DNA from: an uncultured delta proteobacterium
Lineage (GTDB): Bacteria; Desulfobacterota; RBG-13-43-22
Reading direction: 5' to 3'
DNA length: 64,000 nt
Assembly (NCBI GenBank): GCA_963790475.1
Contig: CAWBOS010000010.1
Location: 1,728,001-1,792,000 of the forward strand
The notes under the pieces are model-generated. The model did no database searches. It had not been told where the DNA came from and was given only the letters and a program-made list of their open reading frames with translations. The position numbers and the translations under genes were made by a program. Shown piece after piece: positions 40,905 to 51,070 of the stretch. The first letter of the stretch is position 1. Every line of letters starts with the position of its first letter.

Positions 40905-41197
40905 AAGTCCACTGGACTGACACCGCTGAAGGTCATCTTGACGCAATCCATTATTACATTGCTCAGGATTCGCCCGAATACGCCAGGCGCATGGTAGATC
41001 GACTTACCCGAAGATCTCAGCAAATTGCCAAATTCCCTTTCTCAGGCCGAAGAGTTCCCGAAAATGATGTTGACCAGATTCGAGAAGTGATTTAAGGTTC
41101 CTTCCGTATCATTTACAACATAAAGTCAGACCAGATTGATGTACTGGCTGTCATCCATGGAGCCATGGATTTGCTGGGTACATCTGAAAAAGAATAA
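40901..41197 (+). pseudogene. RelE/ParE-family toxin with an in-frame nonsense codon
   Basis: MKVHWTDTAEGHLDAIHYYIAQDSP..FPFSGRRVPE..IREVI*GSFRIIYNI..IDVLAVIHG; TAA at 41093-41095. Confidence 0.82.
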
Positions 41198-41218
41198 ATA
41201 GGAAGGAGAAAAACAACA

Positions 41219-43105
41219 ATGATACACTGGATTCTCTATTGGGTCGTTGCTTTTATCGCTTTGATTTTTATCCTTCGAGGTTTTTGTTTGATTGGCCCCA
41301 ATCAAGTCGGCATCCTTACTAAAAACATGTTTGGCAAAAAAATGCCGGCGGGACAAATAATCGCCCGTCAAGGGGAAATAGGGGTTCGGGCCAGGACTCT
41401 GATGCCCGGGCTCTACTGGAGGTTACCTATCATTTGGACCTTTACCAAAGTTCCGGTGGTGACGGTAGAGGTTGCCAGTATCGGTATCGTCGAATCCATC
41501 GACGGTGAACCACTCCCTAAGGGCCGGGTCTTAGCCGACGAAGTCGAGTGTAATCAATTTCAAGACGCGGAGATGTTCTTAGCCAACCATGGGAGGAAGG
41601 GACCGCAGGTTGGAATTCTACGCCCGGGCACCTACCGGATCAATTCCAAACTGTTCAATATCACCAAAGCCCCCGCGGTAAAAATAGATGAGAATACTAT
41701 TGGTATCGCCGTTGCTAAAGATGGCATTCCCTTACCGACCGGCTATGTCATCGCCCCTAAGGCCCTAAAAGATGACGGGTCCGAAGCAGACCACAAAGCT
41801 TATCAAAACGGACAGCTCTTTATCGATAGCCAAGGATACCGGGGACCGCAGTTGGATACCCTGCAGCCGGGAATATATTTCATCAATCCGAACTTATTTG
41901 ATATCAAAATTGAAGACGTAGCCGAGGTCCTTCCGGGATATGTGGCCGTAATCAGGTCCAACGTGGGTTTGGAGTTGGAGAGAGCACTCGAAGGGCCCGA
42001 GGGAACTACTAAAGAAGGGAGAATGGGTGGTCCGATCCATGAAGATGTTGAGAAGATACTGATAACCGATAAATACACCCGCGGCATTTGGAGAGAGCCG
42101 ATAGCCCCAGGGAAATACAATCTGAATACGATTGCTTTCTCACCCTATCAAGTGCCTACTTCCGCCGTTACCATCGATTGGGCAAGCGAGGGAAGAATCG
42201 GGACGGAAGTAAAGGGAGTTAAACCAACGGAGGCTATGGCTGCTGGGGTCCTGTACAGTTTTGATCCCTTGAAGGTGACTTCTAAAGACGGCTTTCAACT
42301 GGAAGTCAATGTTCGAATGGTGATTCGAATTCAGCCGGGCAACGCGGCCTACATCATAGCCAGATTCGGGTCGGTGGCCAATCTGATCGATCAAATCGTA
42401 CATCCGCTGATCGATTCATCTTTCAGGAATAAAGCCGGCGAGAAAAAAGCGATTGATTTTTTCCAAAGCCGGACGGACCTGCAAACCGAAGCGCTGGTAC
42501 ACGCCAAGGAAAGATTTTCCGAGTACAACGTCGAGGCTCAAAACTTACTCATTGCTTATATCGATATACCTAAGGATTTGTTGGACACTCAAACTAAGAA
42601 GGAGATTGCCAATCAGCAGCAAGCTCAGTATGACCAGGAAGCCATGGCTCAAGAAAAACGCATTGCGGTCATGGAGAAATCGTCCCGGGCGGATAAACAG
42701 AAAGATGTTATTGATGCCAAATTATCCATAGACATCAACAATGACCGGGCTGAGGCCAAAGTTAAGGAAGCGGACGGTAACAGGCGCTCTATGATTCTCC
42801 AAGCTCAAGGGACCAAAGAATCTACCATACTGGTGGCTGATGGCAATTCTTACAAAAGCAAGATCGAGGGCGACGGTGTTGCCGCCGCCTACAATGCCCA
42901 GAAGGAGGCCATTGGTCAGCAGAATGTGGCCATCATCAAACTCATTCAAGAGATAGCGGCTGGTAAGATTCAGATTGTGCCCCAGGTCCTGGTTGGAGGT
43001 GGGGATGCCTCAGCCAGCGGAAACCTTTTCAATGCCTGGATGTCGCAGATGATTTCTCAAAACGTACCGAAAAATGAGGGGAAAGAGATAAAAACGAGCG
43101 GCTGA
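41219..43105 (+). CDS. Long SPFH/flotillin (band 7) family protein
   Basis: N-terminal TM, repeated GPQ..LxPGxY.IN units, TSKDGF.LEV.V, FGSVANL, C-terminal coiled coil. Confidence 0.85.
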   Translation: MIHWILYWVVAFIALIFILRGFCLIGPNQVGILTKNMFGKKMPAGQIIARQGEIGVRARTLMPGLYWRLPIIWTFTKVPVVTVEVASIGIVESIDGEPLPKGRVLADEVECNQFQDAEMFLANHGRKGPQVGILRPGTYRINSKLFNITKAPAVKIDENTIGIAVAKDGIPLPTGYVIAPKALKDDGSEADHKAYQNGQLFIDSQGYRGPQLDTLQPGIYFINPNLFDIKIEDVAEVLPGYVAVIRSNVGLELERALEGPEGTTKEGRMGGPIHEDVEKILITDKYTRGIWREPIAPGKYNLNTIAFSPYQVPTSAVTIDWASEGRIGTEVKGVKPTEAMAAGVLYSFDPLKVTSKDGFQLEVNVRMVIRIQPGNAAYIIARFGSVANLIDQIVHPLIDSSFRNKAGEKKAIDFFQSRTDLQTEALVHAKERFSEYNVEAQNLLIAYIDIPKDLLDTQTKKEIANQQQAQYDQEAMAQEKRIAVMEKSSRADKQKDVIDAKLSIDINNDRAEAKVKEADGNRRSMILQAQGTKESTILVADGNSYKSKIEGDGVAAAYNAQKEAIGQQNVAIIKLIQEIAAGKIQIVPQVLVGGGDASASGNLFNAWMSQMISQNVPKNEGKEIKTSG

Positions 43106-43183
43106 TCTGAATTGGCTAGGCAAGGCTACTGAAAAAACCGATAGCAAAAATCAACCCAAACTGTAAAAAAAAGATTGGATCGA

Positions 43184-43217
43184 TCAACAACCTCGCAGCA
43201 AGCTACGAGGTTGTTGA
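43184..43217. repeat. Palindromic hairpin between convergent genes (REP-like or terminator)
   Basis: TCAACAACCTCG-CAGCAAGCTA-CGAGGTTGTTGA. Confidence 0.6.
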
Positions 43218-43277
43218 CTAAAGGAGGATTGCTAAAATACTTAAACCCTCGAATTCCTGGGTCCTCGATTCTTCTTT

Positions 43278-44813
43278 TTAATAACTGGTCGGCCAATTAT
43301 GCATGAGATGTTGTCCGATCCCTTTGGAGAGACGGTTGGTATAGCGCTTCAGCATCTTAATCAAAAAATCCCTGGTCTCGGAAGGATCGATGATGTCCTG
43401 CAACCCAAACCCACCCGCGGCATTCCAGGGTTCGGTGTTCAGTGCCATTTCTTTTGATAGCTTTTCAAATCTTTCCGGGTCGTCTTCCTTCTTGAGATTA
43501 TAGACCACGTTGATGGCCGGTTCCGGATCCATGAAACTGATGTCGGCCGTGGGCCAGGCGACCAAGAGATCCGAATTTCTTCCACCGCCCATATTGAGAA
43601 AGGCCTGCCCGTAGATTTTCCGGACAATGACGGCCAGTTTCGGAACCGTCACCAACTGCAGGGCATTCATCCAGTTCATAATTTTGGCGGTGACTTTTTG
43701 GCGCTCTCCAGCCTTGCCGATTAAAAACCCCGGGGTGTCCATCAGGGTGATAATCGGAAGATTATAAGAATCGCACAAAACCAGAAAGTTGGTGATCTTT
43801 AGACAGCAATCCGCGTCCAGGGCGCCTCCCCCAAAATAGGGATTGTTGGCAATGATTCCGATGGATTGACCGCCGAGCCGTGCAAAACCTGTGGTGCAGG
43901 GCCGGCCGAACAGGGCCTTGACTTCGGTATAATCCTCCCCGTCAACTATGGTCCGTATAATTTTTCTGATGTCGTAAACCCTGTTCCGTTGTTCCGGAAG
44001 ATAATTCAAAATGTTTGGCATGTCTTTGCCGGAATTATTGGGAACCTCCGCCAGAGGAGGCGTCTCGTTCATATTCGTGGGCAGGTAGCCGAGCAATTTT
44101 TTGGTCAGGTCAATGCAGTGCTCGTCCGATTCCCCCACGAAATCGGCCAGCCCGGAGATTTCGGCATGAACTTTCCAGCCCCCTAATTCTTCAGGATCGA
44201 CCTTTTCACCGGTGGAGATTTCTATTACTTTGGGACTGGAAACCGCTGTCACCGCTCCTTTCTGCATAATCAGGATATCAGACATGGCCGCATACCAGGA
44301 CGAACTGCCGTAACAGGGCCCCATGAGAACGGAAATCCAGGGTGAGGTTCGTAGCCGCCGGTACTGGGTAGCGCTCGCCCCCCCCTGGGACATCCGCCCT
44401 GACCCCATGGCATCGGGCATCCGCTGCCCGGAGGATTCCCCGAAAAAGACCAAAGGCAACCCGTTCTGGACCGCGTAGGTTTTGATATATTCCAACTTTC
44501 TCGTGTTGGTGGCCGAACTGGAGGCCCCCAGGATGGTGATATCATTGGCCGCTATGGCCACCGGCCGTCCGTTGACCTCACCGTATCCGATGATCTTGCC
44601 GTCGGTGGGCGTTTTTTCGGCCATTCCCCGGGCCGCCGAATGGCCGAAGAGTCCCAACTCCGAAAAGGTGCCGGGGTCGAAGAAATACTCAATCCGCTCC
44701 CGCACATTGAGCCCTCCTTTTTCTTTTAAGGCCTTGAGCTTCACCTCTCCCCCCATGGTGAGCTGATGTTTTCGCTTCTCATAGAATTGTTTCATCTTCT
44801 CTTCGTGGCTCAT
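43278..44813 (-). CDS. Acyl-CoA carboxylase/decarboxylase carboxyltransferase subunit
   Basis: LNVRERIEYFFDPGTF, EELGGWKVH, DTPGF, IIDPSETR. Confidence 0.9.
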   Translation of the reverse strand: MSHEEKMKQFYEKRKHQLTMGGEVKLKALKEKGGLNVRERIEYFFDPGTFSELGLFGHSAARGMAEKTPTDGKIIGYGEVNGRPVAIAANDITILGASSSATNTRKLEYIKTYAVQNGLPLVFFGESSGQRMPDAMGSGRMSQGGASATQYRRLRTSPWISVLMGPCYGSSSWYAAMSDILIMQKGAVTAVSSPKVIEISTGEKVDPEELGGWKVHAEISGLADFVGESDEHCIDLTKKLLGYLPTNMNETPPLAEVPNNSGKDMPNILNYLPEQRNRVYDIRKIIRTIVDGEDYTEVKALFGRPCTTGFARLGGQSIGIIANNPYFGGGALDADCCLKITNFLVLCDSYNLPIITLMDTPGFLIGKAGERQKVTAKIMNWMNALQLVTVPKLAVIVRKIYGQAFLNMGGGRNSDLLVAWPTADISFMDPEPAINVVYNLKKEDDPERFEKLSKEMALNTEPWNAAGGFGLQDIIDPSETRDFLIKMLKRYTNRLSKGIGQHLMHNWPTSY

Positions 44814-44932
44814 ATACTTCCTCCTATTTTACTTAATGTCCAACGGAAACACCGAATATGAAACTATGGTTTATCATTGGGGGGATTTATAGATATCATT
44901 CAATCCCGACATTCCAAACCTGATCCAGACCC

Positions 44933-46498
44933 TTAAACCTTTCGATCATATCCCTTCCAAAAGGGTTCCTTCAACTCCTTACGGAGGACTTTCCCATTAT
45001 CGTTTTTAGGAAGCTCGGAGATAAAAACGAGGCTTTTAGGTTTTTTGTAGCTGGCCAGATTTTCTTTACAAAACCGGATCAGGGATTCCTCGTCCAGGGT
45101 CGAACCCTCCTTTTTGACCACAAAGGCCTTAACGGATTCGCCCCAGAGCTCATCCGGCACACCGACAACTCCGGCCTCGAGGACCTCCGGATGGGCCAAG
45201 AGAACCTCTTCCACCTCTCGGGGATAAATATTAAATCCACCGCTGATGATCATATCCTTTTTTCGGTCCATGATAAAAATAAAGCCTTCTTCGTCAATCG
45301 TGGCCATGTCCCCGGTGTGAAACCAGCCTCCCCGGAAGGCTTCGGCCGTTTCTTCCGGTAATTTCCAATACTCTTTGAAGACATGGGGGGCCCGGACCTG
45401 AATCTCTCCAATTTCGCCGGGCCGGACGGGGCTACCGTCTTCCTTTATGATTTGGAGAGAAACGCCCAGGGCCGGCCGGCCGGCGGAAGCCAGGCGTCTG
45501 ACTTCTTCTTCGCTTCCCTTTATTTTATGGTCCTCGGGTCCCAGATAAGCCAGGGGCTGGGTGGCTTCGGTCAACCCGTAATTTTGCCGGAAGACAGGCC
45601 CGAAGATTTCAATCGCTTCTTTTAACTTCTCTTTGGGCATCGGAGCGGTGCCGTACCAGATCCTTTTCAGGCTTCTCAAATCATAGGCATGCAGGTTGGG
45701 CACGGCCAGCAGCCGGATCAACATGGTGGGGACCAGGAGGATACTGGTAACGCGTTCTCTTTTAATCGTCCTTAGGATCTCCTCCTCATCAAATCCGGTC
45801 AGGATAATATTGGTGGCGCCCTTGATGTTATAGACCCCATTCATCAGGCCGGCCGCATGGGCCAGGGGACCGACCACCATATTGACATCCGAGGGCAGGA
45901 TCGGTTGATCCAGGTTAATGAGGACGTTGATGATCCGGTTATAAGAGAGTAATGAGGTCGAAACCGCACCCTTGGGTCTCCCGGTCGTTCCTGAGGTATA
46001 TTGGATCCGGTCGATGTGATCGTCTCCCGTTCCGGCCGTCGGTGCCGACTCCGGTTGACCCTCAACCAGTTTTTCATAGGCCAGCATTCCTTGCGGTTCT
46101 CCCCCTTTTGCGCCCATGACGATCACCTTCTTCAGAGTCGGTACAGAAGGCAGGATTGGAGATATGGAATCAATGAACTCCGCGCTCATGATCAGCGCAT
46201 CCGCTTCGGCATTGTTCAAAATATATTCTTGTTCACGGGGGCTGTGCCGGGGATTCAGCGGGATAGTGGTCAAACCGACCCTCCCGATCCCCCCTTGACA
46301 ATCCAGGGTATCGATCCTGTTGCCCAGAAGAATGGCCATTTTCTGTCCCTTGCGCAATCCGATCGAACGAAGACCGTTGGCCACTTTGCCGGACCTGGCA
46401 AACATTTCACCAAAGGTAAGGCGTTTGTCACCATAAATGAAGGCCGGTCGATTGGCATATCGATAATTGGCCCAGGCCCGTAAATTTCCTCTATTCAT
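44933..46498 (-). CDS. Acyl-CoA synthetase (long-chain fatty acid-CoA ligase-like)
   Basis: YTSGTTGRPKG, YGLTE, FHTGD, DRKKDMIISGGFNIYPREVE, PKNDNGK. Confidence 0.93.
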   Translation of the reverse strand: MNRGNLRAWANYRYANRPAFIYGDKRLTFGEMFARSGKVANGLRSIGLRKGQKMAILLGNRIDTLDCQGGIGRVGLTTIPLNPRHSPREQEYILNNAEADALIMSAEFIDSISPILPSVPTLKKVIVMGAKGGEPQGMLAYEKLVEGQPESAPTAGTGDDHIDRIQYTSGTTGRPKGAVSTSLLSYNRIINVLINLDQPILPSDVNMVVGPLAHAAGLMNGVYNIKGATNIILTGFDEEEILRTIKRERVTSILLVPTMLIRLLAVPNLHAYDLRSLKRIWYGTAPMPKEKLKEAIEIFGPVFRQNYGLTEATQPLAYLGPEDHKIKGSEEEVRRLASAGRPALGVSLQIIKEDGSPVRPGEIGEIQVRAPHVFKEYWKLPEETAEAFRGGWFHTGDMATIDEEGFIFIMDRKKDMIISGGFNIYPREVEEVLLAHPEVLEAGVVGVPDELWGESVKAFVVKKEGSTLDEESLIRFCKENLASYKKPKSLVFISELPKNDNGKVLRKELKEPFWKGYDRKV

Positions 46499-46530
46499 AT
46501 CTGTTTTCCTCTTAGACCAAATGGCCTTTC

Positions 46531-48081
46531 CTATGGACGCATTGTTCGCCTGACAGGCCCCACCTGGTTCCGGGTTACCTCATGGGCCTCCTCTATCCAA
46601 TCGCAAAGCAGGGGCCGCGTATCCCGGGGGTCAATAATATCGACAATACCGAATTTTTCGGCCGTTCGAAAGGGGGAGGTAAACTGCTCGTAGTAGGCCT
46701 CCAATTCCGCCAGACGGGCTGCCGGGTCCTTCGAGGACGCGAGCTCTTTCTTATAGGCCGCCGAGATCCCTCCCTCCAGGGGAATAGATCCCCAATAGGC
46801 CGACGGCCAGGCAAACCTCAGGTTGATCGACCCCTTTCTCCCGTGCATCCCTCCTCCGACACCAAAAGCCCTCCTGACCATTATAGATATCCAGGGAACC
46901 TCACTTTGTTCGATGGCCCCGATCGCTTTCATGACTGCCCGAAGCGTGCCGGCCTTTTCAGCGGCCACACCAGGCATCACTCCGGGCTGATCCACAAAAT
47001 TGATGATCGGAATATGGAAGGTGTCGCACAAATCCACAAATTTTTCCGTTTTTTCGGCCGCGGTACGGGTCATGGCCCCGCCCAGGGAAAGAACATCGTT
47101 GGCCATCACGCCCACCGCGTACCCATTCAGACGGGCCAGACAAGTGATCAGGGACGGCCCGTTATGAGGGCCTATCTCAAATATGGTATCTTTATCCAGC
47201 ACCATTCTCAGGATCTGCCGGGCCTTATAAACCCGGCGTTTATCCGTTGGAACGATAGTCAGGAGCCCTTCTTCCCGCCTTTGCGGATCATCTTTTGAGG
47301 ATTCTCGTGCTGGAACTTCAAAAACATTCTTCGGCATGTAGGAGAGGAACCTGCGGGCCTGGTTAAGGGCTCCCTCCTCGTTCTCCGCAGCATTCATGAC
47401 TGCCCCGCCGTCCCCCGTCTGGACTCTCCAACCCCCGAGATCCTCTTTATCGATCTCCTGAGCAAAGGCGGCTTGCACCACCGGTGGACCCGCGGCGAAG
47501 ACCTGGCTCGTTCCTTTGACCATAACGGAAAAATGAGAAGCACAGACCTTCACCGCACCCAACCCGGCACAGGAACCCAGGGCCACACCGATCACCGGGA
47601 CGGCGCCCATCAACTGCATCACCGGCCAGGTCGGGTACCCCGGGATCTTGGAGGAGCCGGATTTTTCCAGCAACCGAACGCTTCCTCCTGCGGTATCTAC
47701 CAGTCTGACGAGAGGCATTTGCATTTCGTGGGCATAGCGTTCGGCATAGACCCATTTATCCGAGATGGTCGATTCGGATGATCCGCCCCTGATAGTAAAA
47801 TCGTCTGCGGAAACGACCACTTTTCGTCCGTCAATCCGTCCTTTCCCGATAACGGCATTGGTGGGGGTAAAGGACAACAGGTTCCCCTGGTCATCATAAG
47901 CAGCGCTTCCAGCGGTCATCCCCAGTTCGGAAAAGGAACCCTGGTCGAGCAGCAACTCGATCCGCTCCCTGACCGTCAGTTTCCCCAGTTTGTGCTGATA
48001 AGAGACGGACTGGTCTCCCCCAAGCTTGCGAGCCCATTCCTGCCGGCGCTTCAGTTCATCGACCTTTTCTTTCCAGCTCAT
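46531..48081 (-). CDS. Second carboxyltransferase-family subunit
   Basis: GKLTVRERIELLLDQGSF, DFTIRGGS, VDQPG, IIDPRDTR. Confidence 0.9.
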   Translation of the reverse strand: MSWKEKVDELKRRQEWARKLGGDQSVSYQHKLGKLTVRERIELLLDQGSFSELGMTAGSAAYDDQGNLLSFTPTNAVIGKGRIDGRKVVVSADDFTIRGGSSESTISDKWVYAERYAHEMQMPLVRLVDTAGGSVRLLEKSGSSKIPGYPTWPVMQLMGAVPVIGVALGSCAGLGAVKVCASHFSVMVKGTSQVFAAGPPVVQAAFAQEIDKEDLGGWRVQTGDGGAVMNAAENEEGALNQARRFLSYMPKNVFEVPARESSKDDPQRREEGLLTIVPTDKRRVYKARQILRMVLDKDTIFEIGPHNGPSLITCLARLNGYAVGVMANDVLSLGGAMTRTAAEKTEKFVDLCDTFHIPIINFVDQPGVMPGVAAEKAGTLRAVMKAIGAIEQSEVPWISIMVRRAFGVGGGMHGRKGSINLRFAWPSAYWGSIPLEGGISAAYKKELASSKDPAARLAELEAYYEQFTSPFRTAEKFGIVDIIDPRDTRPLLCDWIEEAHEVTRNQVGPVRRTMRP

Positions 48082-48126
48082 AGTGCTCCTATCCTTTTAA
48101 TTAAATATTTTCTAGATGTATATTCG

Positions 48127-48635
48127 TCAACTGACTAACAAGGGGATAAAGGCCCCCGACGAAGGTAAAGATTTCAAAAGACTCCTTCTTGATTTGTTTA
48201 AAAGTTTTTTGACGACATTGACATGAACCGTACAAATATTTTGCTTTAATCCTTTGTTGCCGAAATGGTTCCGGTGCAGCCAGCTCCAGTCTTTACGACG
48301 TTTTATCTTGGGAACTTTGGGATACCCTTTTTGCCGCCCGATGAGTGCCATGGCGGCGAGTTTATATTCCTCCGTCAGACCGAGCAGTTTTTCCACCGCC
48401 ACCTGGTCTTCACCCCACAGCTCCGAAACAATTTCTGGTTCTGTTGGTACTTGTGCTCGGCAATTTTTTCGATGAGCCCGGGATCATCCGCCAGGATAAA
48501 CTCCCACGGTTGCGAATTCATTGGTGAAGCCGCCATAGAACCAGCCATGATGATCCGTTGCAGTGCTTCCGCTGAAGCAGGTTTAGTAAAACCCGTAATG
48601 GTCCTCCTTCTGGCTATGGCTTCATACAAGTCCAT
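48127..48635 (-). pseudogene. Nitroreductase-family gene with an internal deletion and frameshift
   Basis: MDLYEAIARRRTI..AASPMNSQPWEF then, in another frame, IVSELWGEDQVAVEKLLGL..AMALIG; the central helix is missing. Confidence 0.75.
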
Positions 48636-48745
48636 AAGTCTTCTCCTTTTTCAATGGGAAAATAATATTAGAAAAATTTAACGGAAACACAAGATGAAAA
48701 GTGAGGGGAAGCGATCTCTTTTCTTCCTGACCGTACCCCCCTACC

Positions 48746-49455
48746 CTATGATCCACTTTTCCAATCCTTTTCCTCCCGCAGGTAAACCGTTCGGTGCGGA
48801 TAGGGGATCTCCAGGTCTTCCGCTTTCAACCGTTCGAAAATCCTTTTTCTCAGTTCATGCTGCACCGGATATTGATCCCCGAATTCCTCCACCTGGCAGA
48901 TCAGGGTAAAATCTAATGAACTGTCCCCGAAGCCCGGAGTAACCCGCACCAAAGGTGCGGGATGGCCCAGTAACCCGGGGATGTTCCCAATGGCTTTTTT
49001 GACTTCATCCACTAAAACCCTTTCCACCTTTTCCGGATCGGCCTGATAACTGACCGAGACGGGGATCGACACGGACATCCTTTTATCCGGCAGAGAAAAG
49101 TTGGTCACAATACTTTCGATTTTTGAAAATAATGGATGAACAACTTCCCCGCCAGATTGGCGCAGGCCAAGGTAATGGAAAGAATCAAGAGGAGGTGGAT
49201 GGTACGGCTTAAATAAAATAAATATTTTCCGGAATAATCCGAAAGATCAATTCCAACATACAATCCGATAGCCAGGCACCAGAAAACGGAGGGGACCTTA
49301 ATGGCCCGAACGATCAGATCCTCAAGGTGAGATTCGCTCTTTACCGCCCAGCGGTGAAAAATTCTAAAGAAGATGGTTCGGCCAACCAAAAGCAATCCGG
49401 CAATGAGGAATGTTGAACCCAACAGAACCAGCAGTTTTTCGAGATGACTTGGCAT
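48746..49455 (-). pseudogene. MscS mechanosensitive channel with a large internal deletion
   Basis: N-terminal TMs (49455-49120) fused out of frame to SIVTNFSLP..VSVSY..FGDSSLDFTL..IPYPHR; pore TM3 and middle beta domain absent. Confidence 0.8.
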
Positions 49456-49654
49456 TCGTTCTCCTGACCAAGGGAAAACTATAAGGCTATCCTGGAAAAA
49501 ATGGTAACATAATTGGATAAGATTGCAACTATCATATTAACTTCAGGCCTTTTCAGTTGAAGAAATCCTGATCCGGTGTTACCCTGAAAACGGAAAGGAA
49601 GAAAATCCCTGACGGGTCTGACCCGGAATTTTGATAGGCCCTGATTTTTATGAT

Positions 49655-50989
49655 ATGGAATCTCTTCGCTCCCTTGCAATAAAAATATTCAAAGCTGCTC
49701 TGGCCGGGACGGATGCTTATCAAGCCGTCTTAGAAAACCTTTCTCTTAAAGGAAAAATTCTTCGGCTCAGAGACGGATCATCTTCTTCCAAAGAATTTGA
49801 TTTAACCCCATTCCAAAAAATTATCTTATTAGGGGCGGGAAAATCCGCGCTCCCGATGGCTGCCGCCGGCGAAGACCTTTTGAAAGACAAATTGTCTGAC
49901 GGCCTGACCATTACCAAATATGGTCATGCCGGCCGGCTGTCGAAGATAGGCCTCGTTGAAGGCGGACATCCTCTGCCGGATCAAGCCGGTTGTCGGGGCA
50001 CCCGGCAAATCGTTTCCTTTCTCCAGGCCGCTCATTCTGACACTTTGATTATTTTTTTGACCTCCGGAGGTTGTTCAGCTTTATTTACCTCCCCACCGGC
50101 GTCCATTTCCTTAAAAGAAAAACAGAGAACAATTCATCTCCTGCTCAATGCCGGAGCACCGATCCAGGAACTGAATACGGTGCGCAAACACCTTTCTTTG
50201 GTCAAGGGGGGCCGTTCAGCCCTGATGGCTTCTCCGGCAACAGTGATCAATCTGGTCTTGTCCGACGTTATAGACGACCCTTTGGACATCATCGGATCCG
50301 GCCCTTTTTTTCCGGACAGTTCTTCTTTTCAAGATGCCATAGATATTCTCGGGAAATATCAGCTGATAAAAAAAGTGCCTGCCTCCGTTACCCATTTTCT
50401 AAAAAGGGGGATCCAGGGATTGATCGCGGATACCCCCAAACCGGGTTCAACCTGTTTTGAGAAAGTGACCCACCGGATCGTTGCCAATAATCAGATGGCC
50501 CTTAAGGCTGCTGTAAAAGAAGCCCGGACTTTGGGATTCAAGCCTTTTATTTTAAGTTCTCAAATCCAGGGGGAAGCCCGGGAACTGGCTAAATTCTATG
50601 GGGCCATCGCCAAAGAGATGATCCAATCCCATGGCCCTTCAAAGAAACCGCTTTGCCTTTTAGCCGGAGGGGAAACCACGGTGACCGTTACCGGGGAAGG
50701 GAAGGGAGGCCGCAACGCCGAACTGGCTTTGGCTATGGCCGTCGAACTTAAAGGGCGAAGATTTCTTTTCCTAAGCGCCGGTACCGACGGTACCGATGGG
50801 CCTACGGATGCGGCCGGAGCCCTGGTTAACGGCCGGACTTACAACCGGGCCGTTCAGAAAGGAATCTCTCCAGAAAAGCATTTGAAAGATAATGATTCCT
50901 ATAATTTTTTTAAAAAGGCCGGGGGACTGTTTATGACCGGTCCAACCGGGACGAATGTCATGGATCTTCATATCCTGTTGTTCGACTAG
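49655..50989 (+). CDS. Glycerate 2-kinase / TtuD-like (MOFRL family)
   Basis: GAGKSA, GGHPLPD, SGGCSAL, VRKHLSLVKGG, GGETTV, GTDGTDGPTDAAG, TGPTGTNVMD. Confidence 0.92.
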   Translation: MESLRSLAIKIFKAALAGTDAYQAVLENLSLKGKILRLRDGSSSSKEFDLTPFQKIILLGAGKSALPMAAAGEDLLKDKLSDGLTITKYGHAGRLSKIGLVEGGHPLPDQAGCRGTRQIVSFLQAAHSDTLIIFLTSGGCSALFTSPPASISLKEKQRTIHLLLNAGAPIQELNTVRKHLSLVKGGRSALMASPATVINLVLSDVIDDPLDIIGSGPFFPDSSSFQDAIDILGKYQLIKKVPASVTHFLKRGIQGLIADTPKPGSTCFEKVTHRIVANNQMALKAAVKEARTLGFKPFILSSQIQGEARELAKFYGAIAKEMIQSHGPSKKPLCLLAGGETTVTVTGEGKGGRNAELALAMAVELKGRRFLFLSAGTDGTDGPTDAAGALVNGRTYNRAVQKGISPEKHLKDNDSYNFFKKAGGLFMTGPTGTNVMDLHILLFD

Positions 50990-51070
50990 GCGAAAAGTTG
51001 TCCGAAACCTAGGGAAGATACTCGAAGAATTTGGAGATTAGAAAAAAAATTTTCTGAAAGGGGAACGGGT

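Larger units (their letters stand above)
35120..41197 (+). mobile_element. Integron-like gene cassette array lacking an integrase in this window
   Basis: Co-oriented short genes separated by attC sites; attI-like site at the 5' end; toxin-antitoxin cassette at the 3' end. Confidence 0.75.
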
